DNA of 63,851 nt, filler included, from Octopus bimaculoides (GCF_001194135.2; 8 parts of 7 records of this genome joined end to end with filler, not necessarily neighbours in it); one strand, 5' to 3'; counted from the whole stretch's first letter, positions 37,340 through 51,679 are shown. Notes: generated by a model from the sequence alone, not told the origin. Numbers and translations are program-made.

Positions 37340-37800
37340 TTGAGTGAAATCAGTAGTGGAAGCACTATAATCACCTGAAATCCTTGAAGACGTCATTGCT
37401 CCTACATGAAACCAGTAAAGAAGTAAAAAATATTAATTCTAATGCCTTTCAGTCTCTTGTTAATTTCCAGCTGTTTTAACTATGGGTGTATGGGTGACAG
37501 CAATATATCTTGGAATAAAGGGAACAACTTATCCTAAACTTTCATCTAGAAAAAAAATATCGTTTCTAATGTTTCCTATGTATTTTACATAGAATTTATC
37601 TGCGATTAGTGCGTTAGTAATTCCACGAGTCTGGGAATAGTCGAAAGTATGAAGATGAAAGACAATTATATATACGTTTGTGAATTTATCGAAGCCAAAA
37701 TAAGAATATAGATAACAACAATACTATATTTATAAAAATATTAATGTTATAGAGTAAATATCGATTTCACGTTAATCTATCAGATAATCGATTCTTTTAC
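37340..37800 (+). pseudogene. Possible decayed intronless LRR remnant
   Basis: LSEISSGS/YNHLKSLKTSLLL...VKNINSNAFQSLVNFQ (37429-37470) and VNLSDNR; one frameshift and several stops. Confidence 0.38.
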
Positions 37801-38061
37801 TTCTATTTCTACGGTATATATTCTCGCATCACACAGACACATACACTTTTACACACACACGACGCACGCACACTTACACACATAAACGCACACAGAGACA
37901 AACACACACACACACACATACACAAGCACACACACATACACACACACATACACACACATTACACAGGCTGGCAACTTATGGCATACACACATTAGACACA
38001 TATTTGTTGGAAGCATGAGTGTGTGTATATGAGATATATTATACATACACACACACATACA

Positions 38062-38097
<36 letters not shown>

Positions 38098-38300
38098 TAT
38101 ATACATTATATATATGTATATTCTCTGAATGTGCGTATGAGTATGCGTATGTTTATGCGTATGAGAATACAATGATATAGTATGGACATGTTAAGTGTAT
38201 TTTGAGATCATATATACACCATTAAAAAATTGGTTACAGAAATACGATAACTCTTACATATATGTATATGTATATATATACATATATATGTATATATATG

Positions 38301-38343
<43 letters not shown>

Positions 38344-38443
38344 NNNNNNNNNNNNNNNNNNNNNNNNNNNNNNNNNNNNNNNNNNNNTTAATTAATTAAN
38401 NNNNNNNNNNNNNNNNNNNNNNNNNNNNNNNNNNNNNNNNNNN

Positions 38444-38473
<30 letters not shown>

Positions 38474-38476
<3 letters not shown>

Positions 38477-38660
38477 TCGTTTGACATCTACTTTCCATTC
38501 TGGCATGGGTTGGACAATTTGACTGAGGACTGGCAAGCCAGATGGCTGTACCAGGCTCCAATCTGATCTGGCAGAGTTTTTACAGCTGGATGGCCTTCCT
38601 AAGGCCAACCACTCCGAGAGTGTAGTGGGTGCTTTTAACATTTCACTGGCACAGGTTCCT
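38474..38660 (+). mobile_element. Dispersed repeat family 4 (catcatcgtttaacgtcc...ggatgcccttcctaacgccaacc; likely RTE-LINE 3' end or derived SINE); copies at ~39040-39230(-), 42690-42930(-), 45030-45470(+), 45780-45930(-), 48120-48240(-), 51770-51950(-), 60375-60613(+)
   Basis: Multiple similar copies, usually adjacent to (CAT)n; the RTE origin is an inference. Confidence 0.7.
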
Positions 38661-38687
38661 ACATATATATATATATGTATGTATGTG

Positions 38688-38748
<61 letters not shown>

Positions 38749-41700
38749 ATGCCAGCATGGAAGGCAGATGTTAAACATTGATGATGATGATGATATATAT
38801 ATATATATAATTGTTTCTGAGTGGATATTGATCAATGAACTCATTGAGATAATCACTAATAAACAATCACATATCAATTTGTTAATTAGCTGCATTTTTC
38901 AATTAATGTATCTTTATAAAGATAAATATGAAAAAAAAAATCAATGTCATTAAAAACATGTTTGATCATCAGAATGATTTTGGCCAAACGTTGTTTGAAT
39001 ATGTTCGAATACTTCTGCTGGTGTCACACTTGAGCTGTTACCACATATAGAGCACTGGTATTGGTGCCACATAAAAGGCAACCAGCACACTATGTAAAGT
39101 GGTTGGCATTAAGAAGGGCATCCAACTGTAGAAACCATGTCACAACAGATAATTGGAATTTGGTGTAGCTCCTGGCCTTGCCAGCCTCTGTCAAGCAGTC
39201 CAATCCATTCTAGCATAGAAAACAGACATTACATGGTGGTGATGGCAGTAGTAGTGGTGGTGGTGGCAGCGGTGTTGGCGGTGGCAGCAGTGATGATGAT
39301 GGTGGAGATGACAGTGGTGACGACAATGATGAAAAGTCCTAACTTGTAATGTATTTAATGTTTATATTCAGTTGTAACTGAATGGATAGCAATCTCCAAC
39401 CAATCTCGTTGTTATTGTCCTGTAATGGTTCCATTTTGGAACAGAAATTAATGCTAGAAGTAAAGAATGGAATTTTCTCCCTTGTGTTTCTCATTTCCTT
39501 CAAAATGAATGTTAACAAATTTAGAACAATTCTGGAGATATCATGCATCTCAGGACTGTCTGACTAATTCCGTCCTGTGTGGTATTGTATCTTACAGGAA
39601 TTTCAGAGTTACAGAAGAACACAGATACATTATCATTTTCATTGTATAGAAGGAAATAAACCTACCACAAACTCCAAATTCATTTGAAAAACTAGGACAA
39701 AAATACAATCAACTGCAACTATTTCGCTACAGCTGGTTCGGTTCTATTTGACATTATTTGTAATAATGAATCTAAATATATTCAAACATCTGCATGATAA
39801 AAGCTCCATACATAAGATGTCAATCTTAAATGCTCATTTCCCTGAAAATTAAGCATAGTCCAAGCCACAAAGCATATTTCTATGCATACATTCATAAATA
39901 CACACAACACATTATGTGTGTGATGTGTTTATCTCTTAGACAGAAGAGAAAGCAGTGCCCAGAACCCATTACAGGGCCTCTAATGCTTATGGAAGGAATG
40001 GAGATAGCTTTAAACCAGAGACCTGGCCTAAATTTTTGCAACTGAGAGGATCCTACTGAACGCCTTCAACCCCACCCAAGTGGTGATATTAAACCAGGCA
40101 ATAGATTTAGTTTATCGCACACATTATACACACACAAAGTTGAGATATCATGCCAGTTCTCTTCACCCAATAACTAGGGGCATTTTTGTACAAAATATCA
40201 GGATTATTAAATGTTTCATACTAAAAAGTATTGTTAGGTTTGATCTATTCCTAACTACATTAGTTATTAATGTTAATAATGACAAAACTATTTTACTTAA
40301 TCATTTAGCATTCAAACAGGCCATATCTGATCCAATTATATTTTATCTGTTTTATGTTCAAACTGGCCAGAGCTGGCTTCTCACACCTACCCTACAATGT
40401 CATTTTAAACATAAACATTCACATCATCAAAGTTACGAAACTATGAGATAACACAATTAATTTGAAACAATTTGGATGAATAAGTATTACAGTTGAAGGA
40501 TTAGTGTTAACACTAAAGGGTTAATTCTTCATTATTTTCAAAATTAATTGAAGCAAAGGCGATGTATTTAAAGAGAAATATAGGTGCAGGCATGACTGTG
40601 TGGTAAGAAGCTTGCTTCCCAACCACAAGGTTCCAGGTTCAGTCCCACTGTGTGGCACTTTGAGCAAGTGTCTTCTACTATAGCCTCAGCCAACCAAAGC
40701 CTTGAGTGGATTTGGTAGATGGAAACTGAAAGAAGCTCATTGTGTACATATGTGTGTGCATATATATATATATATATATATANNNNNNNNNNNNNNNNNN
40801 NNNNNNNNNNNNNNNNNNNNNNNNNNNNNNNNNNNNNNNNNNNNNNNNNNNNNNNNNNNNNNNNNNNNNNNNNNNNNNNNNNNNNNNNNNNNNNNNNNNN
40901 NNNNNNNNNNNNNNNNNNNNNNNNNNNNNNNNNNNNNNNNNNNNNNNNNNNNNNNNNNNNNNNNNNNNNNNNNNNNNNNNNNNNNNNNNNNNNNNNNNNN
41001 NNNNNNNNNNNNNNNNNNNNNNNNNNNNNNNNNNNNNNNNNNNNNNNNNNNNNNNNNNNNNNNNNNNNNNNNNNNNNNNNNNNNNNNNNNNNNNNNNNNN
41101 NNNNNNNNNNNNNNNNNNNNNNNNNNATATATATATATATATATACATATATATTTATGTGTGTGTCCCTCTGCCATCGCTTGACAACCGATGCTGGTGT
41201 GCTTACATCCCCGTCATTTAGCAGTTCAGCAAAAGAGACCAATAAAATAAGTACTAGGCTAACAAAGAATAAGTCCTGGGTCAATTTGTTCAACTAAAGG
41301 CGGCGCTCCCGCATGGCCTCAGTCAAATGACTGAAACAAGTAAAAGAATAAACAAATAAAAGAATAACAAAAGTAGGATTAAGAGTTAACAAGCAAAACA
41401 ATGCATACAGAAATGGTCTGTTGACACTCAACAGACCCATATACTTCTAAGTGTTTCTCTTTAATCATTCATTACACAATACTAAGTGCTATTATCTGTC
41501 ATCCACATTGTGAGCGGATTCTACTTCAGATGTCTCTGTTTATCCTAATAACACTCATATCAAGTCAATGACTATGGATGAACATCAAACCAAATAATAA
41601 CACTCTCTGGGCTTCGCATTTTCATCCTCCACTCCACCTTTTTGTTTTTGGTTTTTTTTTATATATACTGAATCTATTCCTAAACATGTTGCTGTATCAT

Positions 41701-42579
41701 TCAAAAACCAGTTATTTTTCATATCCTGTAATGTTTCCCTCTTCTTATTATTCTTTTTTGTCTTAGGCTTTGTGGCTGTAAAGTGAAGATGTTTGCATCC
41801 CAACCATGTAGTTTCAGCTTCAGTCCGTCTGCATGGTACATTGGGCAAGTATCTTATTTTACTACAAGCTCAGGTTAAGTAAAGCTTTGTGAATGGATGT
41901 GGTAGACAGGAACTGAAAGAAGCCCATTGTGGTGTATGTGTGTGTTTATACACATGCACATACACACATATACATACACACACGTACATATATACATAGG
42001 TGTAGGAGTGGCTAGGTGGACAAAAACTTGCTTCCCAACCACATGGTTCCAGGTTCAGTCACACTGCGTGGCACCTCAAGCAAATGTTTTCTACTATAGC
42101 CTCGGGCCATCCAAAGTCTTGGGAGTGGATTTGGTAAACAGAAACTGAAAGAAGCTCATCGTATACATATATATATATGTATGTATGTATGTATGTATTT
42201 GTGTGTCTGTGTCTCCCCTCACCATCACTTGACAACTGATGCTGGTGTGTTTATGTCCCCGTAACTTAGCGGCTCAGCAGAAGAGACTGAAAGAATAATG
42301 TTTGATTTTTATCACTCAGTACATGTCTTCAGATTGCACTGTCCTCAAATTGATGCCCAAACACTCTGAAATGTTCGTATTGGAGCTTCTGGTGTGAATG
42401 CCAAGCAGTACAGCATGTCGTTTGCAAAATTTCTGGCAGAGTGAATTGTGTCTTGGTGCTGTTTTCTTACAGACAGTAGCCAACTGACCCTACTATACTA
42501 TGTAGTTGACAAAATTAAAGACAAACAATGCACATGCGCAAAATAAAATGTAAGATGATGACAATTTACCCACCACAAC

Positions 42580-42613
<34 letters not shown>

Positions 42614-44786
42614 CATTATGTCGTGCTTGAGAAGAAGACCCATCAAGCCGAGCAAAATCATAGTTGTGGCAGATACCATTGTCACGCAAATTGGCACCCG
42701 TGCCAGTGGCACATAAACTCACCCCAGTGTCATGGAAATGGCACCTGTCCTGGTGGCATGTAAAAGCACCCATTACACTCTCAGAGTGGTTGGCATTAGG
42801 GAAGGACATCCAGCCGTAGAAAACCATGCCAAATCAAACTGGAGTCTGGTGCAGCCTTTGCAGCGTGCCAGCCCTGATCAGACCGTCCAACCCATGCCAG
42901 CATGGACAATAGACGTTAAATGATGATGATGATGATATATATATGTGCGTGAGTGAGTGTGCATGTATACATACACACAAACACATACCTATATGCATAC
43001 ATATTAATTCAAATATACGCATGTTCATATGTTTGAGCATACATATGCATACACATAATGACGATGATGACGATATAGCTTTAGCATATATATTCAACTG
43101 TACATAAATACCACAAAAAATCTGAAAATAATCCTAGCTTGTCAATAAATATGAAGAAAACTGATTTTCTTCTCCTAAGCAGTCCATGGGGTCATATGTA
43201 CTGTAAAGCAGTGGAATATTCAAAGCTGCAAATTTGAACTTTTCCATACCACCTGGCCAACACCACTTAAGTATCTGGGTTTAAAGGGATTTAAATGAAA
43301 GACTTTAAAAAATCCATCTTTTATCTTTTACCTAGACTGTGGCCCTGCTGGGGCACCAACTTGAAGAATTTTAGTCAAACCAATCAACTCCAGTACTTAT
43401 AATTTTTTTTATATAGCCTGGTACTTATTCTATCGATTTATTTTGCTGAACCACTAAGTCACCAGTTGTCAAGCAGTGATAGCGGACAAACTGGTGTTGG
43501 TGTGTTTACATCCCTGTAACTTAGTGGTTCAGCAAAAGAGATTGATAGAATAAGTATCAGGGTTTATAAAAAATAAGTATTATGGTCAATTCGGTCAACT
43601 AAAATCCTCTGAGGTGGTGCCCCAGTATGACCACAGTCTAATGACGGAAACATGTAAAAGATAAGCAACAAAATCTAAAACTTAGTCTGGAGAACTAAAT
43701 ACACAGCAAAGAGAGAGACGTACTCACCTATTTATTGTATTTTCCAGAATATTTACACCATTTTAGAAAATGGACAAGTGTAGACTACAATAGTTTTAAA
43801 TGTGTTGCCATCCAATATAATGGAAATTAGCTGAAAGGATAACAATTGTGTTGAGATTGATAAAAACTTTAGAACACCAAGCTCTGTTTGTTGCAAATAA
43901 AATAATCTGAATGTGAAATTTGGATGAAGGATGACAACCTTAATTAAAGGATGTCTTGCATTAAGAAACAAAGGTGGGTGAGCTCAAGAAACACAAGTTA
44001 ACCAAGATTGCTTCTAGAATTATCTATTTAATCCAGTCACGATGCATGTTTCCAGAAAATGTAGTGAGAGATATTTGCATATTAACATATTAGCTGTGTC
44101 TTATACAAAAGCCGTCATTAGATTTACCATACCCACTCTCAGTTGTATTTGTCAATGTCCATGATGTGTTTAGATATAAAATGTATGTATGAAAGTGTTC
44201 TGCAGTATTAGATTTAAATATTCTATAATCTCTTGCAGTATTATTATTCTAAACTAGATTTCTTTCTTCTTCATAACTACTATATCCTGTTTTGCTCGCT
44301 TAAATAATTGACTCAATGCTAAAAAAGGTCATATGCTGTATATCTACCAAAGAGATACGAGGCCAATGAAAGAGCCACTAAGTGGTTGTTTAACATGATA
44401 GAAATGTCAGTCAAAATTTCTGTCTCTCTTTTTCTCAAATCAAACTCTACAACCTTTTTTAAAAAAAAAAAGAGAAAGAGAGAGAGAAGTATATCTTGAA
44501 TAATGCAGTTTGAAGTAAACTAAGGAACGAAGAGGTGGTCAAGGTTAGAATACTTTTGTTCATTGGTCTGCTTGAAAAGAGCTAAACTAGAGCACCACCA
44601 GCAACACCACTGCTGACAATGCCACCGCCACCACCATCACCTCCAAAGAACATAAACAACAATGCTTTCAGAAATGACTTTCCAGGATAACGATGGTTAT
44701 TCACAAACAGATCTACTACTTATTGGTGATTTACTTCCAGTTCAATACCCACAGTATTCTCGCTTTTATCACAAGCATCATTTTAA

Positions 44787-45007
44787 CCCTTTCGCATTCA
44801 GATTAGTCTGTCAAACGCAATGTTTATTTATTCATGTTGTTTTGAATTATTCATACAATATTTCGTACTTTCACGATTTCTATGATGTGATTGTTTAGTT
44901 TTAGTATGACATTGTAGAGTAAGGTCAGAGAGGCCAGATTTGGCCAGTTGGAGCATAAAACAGGTAGAATATTTTGGCCGGATATGGCCAGTTTAAATGC
45001 TAAAGGG
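44787..45007. mobile_element. piggyBac-type MITE (TTAA|CCC...GGG|TT(T)AA); inverted copy at 40301-40520; a different TTAA-CCC element at 53213-53435
   Basis: Terminal CCCTTT/AAAGGG with TTAA flanks; 40301-40520 is the reverse complement of this family. Confidence 0.72.
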
Positions 45008-45932
45008 TTTAAGAAAATTATCAAGGTTTTATCATCATTGTTTAACATCTGTTGTCCATGCTGCCATGGGTTGGACAGTTTGACTGAGGACTGGCAATCC
45101 AGGAGGCTGTACCAGGCTCCAATCTGGTCTGGCAAGGTTTCTACAGATGGATGTCCTTCCTAATGTTAACCACTCCGAGAGCGTAGTGAGTGCTTTTTAC
45201 ATGACACCGGCACGGGAGGGGGGGAGTCAAGTGGCACCGGCATTGACCACACTTGAGTGGTGCTTTTTACATGCCACCAGCATGGGAGCCAGTCAGGCAG
45301 CACTGACATTGACCACACTTGAATGGTGTTTTTTTATGTGCCACCAGCGTGGGAGCCAGTCAGGCAGCACTGGCATCGACTGTGCTTGAATGGTGCTTTT
45401 TACATGCGACCGGCACAGGAGCCAGTAAGGTGGCACTGGTATTGACCACGCACGCATGGTGCTTTTTACGTATCACTGGCGCACAAAGGTTTATATTTAA
45501 GTATTTGTTTTGTAAGATTCTTGATGGGAAATTGTGTGTTAAAACAAATATCATTATATTTGGAGATGGTCATTTTGCCAATAAACAAACACCTATTTAT
45601 TTGATCTTCTCTTTAGCTTTATTATCATTATTAGCTTATCTGTCAGTTCATCACACATTCTGTGACCTCTTCAATGACTGTCTGTTCTATTCGACATCTC
45701 TTCTGTCTGGTCTTGTCTTGTCTATTCCATCTTATCCATTTATTTATTCTGTGTTTGCAAGTTTCTTTGTGATCTCACTAGTGCCATTACCATGAGAAAA
45801 GGTACCCAGTACACTCTGTAAAGTAGTTGATATTAGGTAAGACATTCAGCTATAGAAACCATGCAAAAACAGACATTTCTCTGGCTCTTTGGATCCGGAC
45901 AAACCACCCAACCCATGCCAGCATCAAAGACA

Positions 45933-45964
<32 letters not shown>

Positions 45965-46661
45965 CGATGACGATGACGACAATGACAATGACAATGACAA
46001 TGACAATGACAATGACAATGATTGTGATATTTTGTCGATGGTGGAACCAATCCTGTTATGTGATTTGCTCCAATCAATTGCCAACCGGAAGGAATCAATG
46101 TGAGAAGGGTCACAGAGGACTCTTCAGTGTCCCTTTCCACACAAACGGAGAAGAGTTGAGAGAAAAGATGGCAACCCCATCTCATAGAAGAAACTGATAA
46201 ACTACCAGTCAGGGATGCAGTGGAGCATGAAATAGAAATAAAGGAGATGAAAAGAAACAGGATAGGCGAACCCCTAATTTTAATGACCCTCACTCACTCC
46301 TCCATCTTACACTGTCTAAACTATTCTATCCAACACCTGCCAAAACTAAATATTTTTACACGATGGACGAAGAACGTAAGTGGACACTCAGTCTGCTAGA
46401 AATAGCAACCAAAACTTTTCCCTGGTCACTCATCACCACCCTAAACAAGGAAGGAAACATAAGTGTCACTGGCCCCTCTGAGTAATTTCCCTTAGCTCAT
46501 TTTTGCTTAAATTGTCCAAATTATTTGGGCCATAAATGTTTTCTACTATTTTTTGTAAAAGTTGGTCTTAATTGTTATTTAGTTAATTATGTAGTGAACC
46601 CTGGTGGTCAAGCAGGAAAGCAAAACAAAAAGGGGATTTAATGAGAGTACTCTCCCTCGAC

Positions 46662-46743
46662 CTTCTAGAAAGTTCTCGAACATTCTAGAAACTTCTGGTT
46701 GACGTGGAAGTCCGGGACTTCCGGTTCGTCCCTTATATAAAGG
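46662..46743 (+). promoter_or_regulatory. Heat-shock-element array + TGACGTGG + ETS/Rel-like palindrome + TATA box
   Basis: TTCtaGAAagTTCtcGAAcaTTCtaGAAacTTC (7 alternating nGAAn units, 46663-46695); TGACGTGG 46700-46707; GGAAGTCC-G-GGACTTCC 46706-46722; TATATAAAAG 46734-46743. Confidence 0.75.
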
Positions 46744-47955
46744 AACACATTTCTAAATTCACGCCATTCATTGCCTGTTGATTCTTCGACATGCATTGAG
46801 TCGGTCCACTCACATACACACCCACACACATGTATGTTTGCCTCATTTGCTTGGAGACAAGTGGTTGCAAAAGAATATTTTCATGTGATGTTACAAGTTT
46901 TCCTTCAATTAACCTTATATGTTAACACATTACCTCTAGCAATAAATATGTTAGGACGTATTACAAATGTCTCGCAAATTTTTATTTTCTTGGCATTACA
47001 TACAAGATGGCGATCCCTCTTTCTCTCATGCTTATTAAATTATAGGATGTCACTTAATCAACATCACTATAATTATAACACATCTTCTAGAGGCTGATAA
47101 AATTTTAAAAAATCATGAATTTGTTGTATATTATTTAACAAACCAATATTTGTCTTTGTTGTTCAAATACATGCCATGTGTCAAATATATACATGTTATA
47201 TATGAAATAAAATGGTTTGTTATAGTAAAAAAAGAAACGAATGAATGGAGTATAAAAGGCAGATTAAAAGGAAATAAGCAAATAAACTTTAAATACAGGG
47301 TGCGACCTCCCGTATTTTACAAAGCCATTGGCATGACACTAGTAAAGTTAAGCATGTGGTAATAGTATTTTCATGCAGCTAATATTTTACTGTTTTTTTC
47401 TATTTTCAGTTATCATTATGGTTTTGATAAACACACGATATGTGTTCCCTGGTTTAATATTTGTCAACCTGTAAAATGCAGTTTTATTGCTGCACTCTGG
47501 ACAGCGAACAATGTATAAAATGGTGGCAAGAGAGTTATTATTGTTGCTAACAATAAATCACTGAATAGGAAGTAAGATTCAAAGCAAGGAGAATGGCTGC
47601 TTCAATTTAAATGAAAATAATTTATTTGAAGATACAGAACATTGTCAGTGCGTTGACAAAAGTAATTACATAGGAACAAATTAATTTGCACAAAAGACAT
47701 TGTTATTGGATTATTTCTTCATGTCAAACAACAGATTAAATATATACATGTGTGTGTGTGTGTGTGTGGTAAGAAGCTTGTTTCCCATCCACATGGTTCC
47801 AAGATCAGTCCCACTGTCTGGTATCTTAGGCAAGTGTCTTCTACTATAGCCTCAGGCCAGCCAAAGCCTTTTGAGTCGATTTGGTAGACAAAAACTGAAA
47901 GAAGCCTGCTGTGTATATATATATATATGTATATACACACACACACACACATGTG

Positions 47956-48003
<48 letters not shown>

Positions 48004-48942
48004 CCTATAGCAAGACACCTATTTCTGCCTCCCTATTCCTTTGTCACCCTCTAACCTTTCATCCTCTGACACAAGTTCCCTTCCTCAAAGCCCCTGCCCT
48101 TCTCATAATTCCTTGTCTCATGAGTTACTTGGTCACCTTGCCAGTGCTGGTGCCAAATAAAAAGCATCCAGTCCACACTGTAAAGTGGTTGACATCTGGA
48201 AGGGCATCCAGCTGTAAAAATCATACCAAAACTAACCTTACCTGTGCTACATCCACATTTTTATAGTATTTACACAAATCCTCTAAAGAAAATTAAATCT
48301 GGTGAAACTACAAGAATAGATGGAAGCACTAATTTATAAAAATGTGTGACATATTAATAAAAATCTGTAAATGTACNNNNNNNNNNNNNNNNNNNNNNNN
48401 NNNNNNNNNNNNNNNNNNNNTTAATTAATTAANNNNNNNNNNNNNNNNNNNNNNNNNNNNNNNNNNNNNNNNNNNNCAACCCTCTTTATCATCCATCCAT
48501 CCATCCATCCATCCCTCTCCACCTCCTTCCCTCCCTCCACACACCAGTTGCTATTACAACCACCACCACCACCGGCTTCTCTAATACTGGGCCTCACCCA
48601 TCCCAACATCCCCCAGCATCCCCCACCTCCACCACCACCACCATCATCATCCTATTACTGTTTTATGGCTGTTTGCATTTGTTTGTCGGGGTTTTTTTTT
48701 TCTCATCCATCCCACCCATGACCTCCTTCACATTTCAGTTTCTGTATCTGTGCGTATATATGTTTCTGTGTGTGTATATGTGTTTCTGTCTGTCCATATC
48801 TATCTGCCATCAATGTACCAATCTATTTATTAATCTATCTATCTATATCTATCTATCTATCTGTCTAGGATCTGTCTACTTATCTGTCCGTCTGTCTACT
48901 TATATCTGTCTGTCTATATATATAACAACTTATCTATCTATC

Positions 48943-48974
<32 letters not shown>

Positions 48975-49480
48975 TACATAATATATAAAGTGTATGTCTG
49001 TCTGTCTATTTAACTTCTATCAATCTATCTGTATATTTTCCTGTCTATCTATCCATCTATCTATCTATCTATCTGTCTGTCTGTCTGTCTGTCTGTCTAT
49101 CCATCAATTTATTTCTCACTCACTCACACTGCTTAGTCCTCCCCCCACCCCGTTGTTTCTCCACCACCATCACTCCCTCCAATCTCCTTCTCCCTCTCTC
49201 TCCTTCTCCATCTCTCTCTTTCTGCATTCACTGTATTTAATCTATGAAACAATATACATTGTTGACTGACACACATTTTTCAGACCTCCTCCTCCTCGAC
49301 AGAAACTCAAGCAGCAGAAAATAAAATAAAAAACTATGGCCACCTCACCTGACTGACAATCTTTTCCCTCTCGCAAAATTCTAAAAACCACAGAGAAAGG
49401 AAAATCCTTGACGGTTCCTTGTATGTTATTGTGGCATTGTATTGTGTGTGTATCTTTGTGTTAAAACAATTTCAATAAAC

Positions 49481-49521
<41 letters not shown>

Positions 49522-50871
49522 TGTTTCTACTAAAGCCACAAGGCCTGCGTAACTGGTACTTACTTCATTGGTCTCGAAAGGATGAAATGCACGCACACAC
49601 ACACACACACACACTTNNNNNNNNNNNNNNNNNNNNNNNNNNNNNNNNNNNNNNNNNNNNNNNNNNNNNNNNNNNNNNNNNNNNNNNNNNNNNNNNNNNN
49701 NNNNNNNNNNNNNNNNNNNNNNNNNNNNNNNNNNNNNNNNNNNNNNNNNNNNNNNNNNNNNNNNNNNNNNNNNNNNNNNNNNNNNNNNNNNNNNNNNNNN
49801 NNNNNNNNNNNNNNNNNNNNNNNNNNNNNNNNNNNNNNNNNNNNNNNNNNNNNNNNNNNNNNNNNNNNNNNNNNNNNNNNNNNNNNNNNNNNNNNNNNNN
49901 NNNNNNNNNNNNNNNNNNNNNNNNNNNNNNNNNNNNNNNNNNNNNNNNNNNNNNNNNNNNNNNNNNNNNNNNNNNNNNNNNNNNNNNNNNNNNNNNNNNN
50001 NNNNNNNNNNNNNNNNNNNNNNNNNNNNNNNNNNNNNNNNNNNNNNNNNNNNNNNNNNNNNNNNNNNNNNNNNNNNNNNNNNNNNNNNNNNNNNNNNNNN
50101 NNNNNNNNNNNNNNNNNNNNNNNNNNNNNNNNNNNNNNNNNNNNNNNNNNNNNNNNNNNNNNNNNNNNNNNNNNNNNNNNNNNNNNNNNNNNNNNNNNNN
50201 NNNNNNNNNNNNNNNNNNNNNNNNNNNNNNNNNNNNNNNNNNNNNNNNNNNNNNNNNNNNNNNNNNNNNNNNNNNNNNNNNNNNNNNNNNNNNNNNNNNN
50301 NNNNNNNNNNNNNNNNNNNNNNNNNNNNNNNNNNNNNNNNNNNNNNNNNNNNNNNNNNNNNNNNNNNNNNNNNNNNNNNNNNNNNNNNNNNNNNNNNNNN
50401 NNNNNNNNNNNNNNNNNNNNNNNNNNNNNNNNNNNNNNNNNNNNNNNNNNNNNNNNNNNNNNNNNNNNNNNNNNNNNNNNNNGGAGGGGCGCGGTTGAGG
50501 ATGTAGGCTGTGTGTTCCCCAGCTCCCTAAACGCCTTCTTGCCCCACCCTCCACTAACTCCCTGGCTGTGACAGAAATAAGGTGCAACAACTACAACACA
50601 CAACAACAAGCCGCTATGTCACCGGTTCCTTCTCAACATACATATGCTTTTTCCCAGGCGCTTCACAACAGCACTGGCACCTTCAAGATTGAGTGGTCTC
50701 AATGGTAATGGCACAAAACCGCTATCATATTTTGGGGCATTGACTGATGAGGACAAATATTTTGTGTATCCTGTCATCTATGTTTCCCCTCCATTAGGTT
50801 TTCGTCTACTTTCCTATTTGCTCTGCTTTTGTTAACTCTATCTCCTTGTTGTGTTCTTTATGTTCAACCCT

Positions 50872-50916
<45 letters not shown>

Positions 50917-51645
50917 TGACAGGCTTCTTTCAGTTTCCCTCTACCAAATCCACTTAGAAGGCTTTGGTTGGCATGAGGCTACAGTAGAAGACACTTTACC
51001 AAAGTTCCACACAGTGGGGCTGAACCTGGAACCATGTGGTTGGGACGCAAGCTTCTTACGACAGCCATATAGATATACATAAATGCACCTATACATATAT
51101 AATAAACACACGCACATATATAAGCATACTTATTTACATGTATACGCATGCACATACGTGCACACACATTTGTATATCTATATATACATGCATACAAACA
51201 TACATGCACATAGACACACATGATTAATTAAGTTCAAAGGAACTGAGAAGTAAGAAATATTTATTCCAAATGTTTACAGCTGTTTCATGCACAGTATCCA
51301 GTTACATCAAGTATCCATCAACATCAATTATAAGTTGGTTACCTGCAGTATGCAATTTACAACACCCCCATATATACATACAGCAGCATACATGTAAAAG
51401 CACACATCTGTACATTATAATGATATTAAATATTTAACTGGCAGACTTAAATTTTTATCTCTCCCTTCTCTGGTATTTTATTAATTATTACTATCATTAT
51501 ACACTCTACAATTGCGATTCCTGGATTTTTAAAAGTATGGCGATTTTAAATTACATTCTAACCTTAATTACTGTGTTACCTGATAGCCAGTCTCTCCTGT
51601 GGAGTGCTTAATGTGAATTTTGTTTGATTTCCTGAATCCTTATAT

Positions 51646-51679
<34 letters not shown>

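Noticed and set aside
43728-43830. Minus-strand segment with strong splice sites (tcctttcAG|...AG|GTGAGT)
   Set aside because: Stops in all three frames; at most a UTR or non-coding exon, with no other support.
49521-50609. ORFs of 200-400 aa spanning N gaps (also near 2.0-2.8, 9.0-9.8, 21.5-22.7, 36.6-37.4, 53.8-55.0 and 58.7-59.7 kb)
   Set aside because: Length comes from N runs. Only the 21.5-22.7 kb and 2.7-3.0 kb flanks contain real (transposon) coding sequence.
50654-50835. GC-richer + strand ORF after a tttttcccAG acceptor (RFTTALAPSRLSGLNGNGTKPLSYFGALTDEDKYF...)
   Set aside because: No recognisable homology, no partner exons, and an ambiguous donor.
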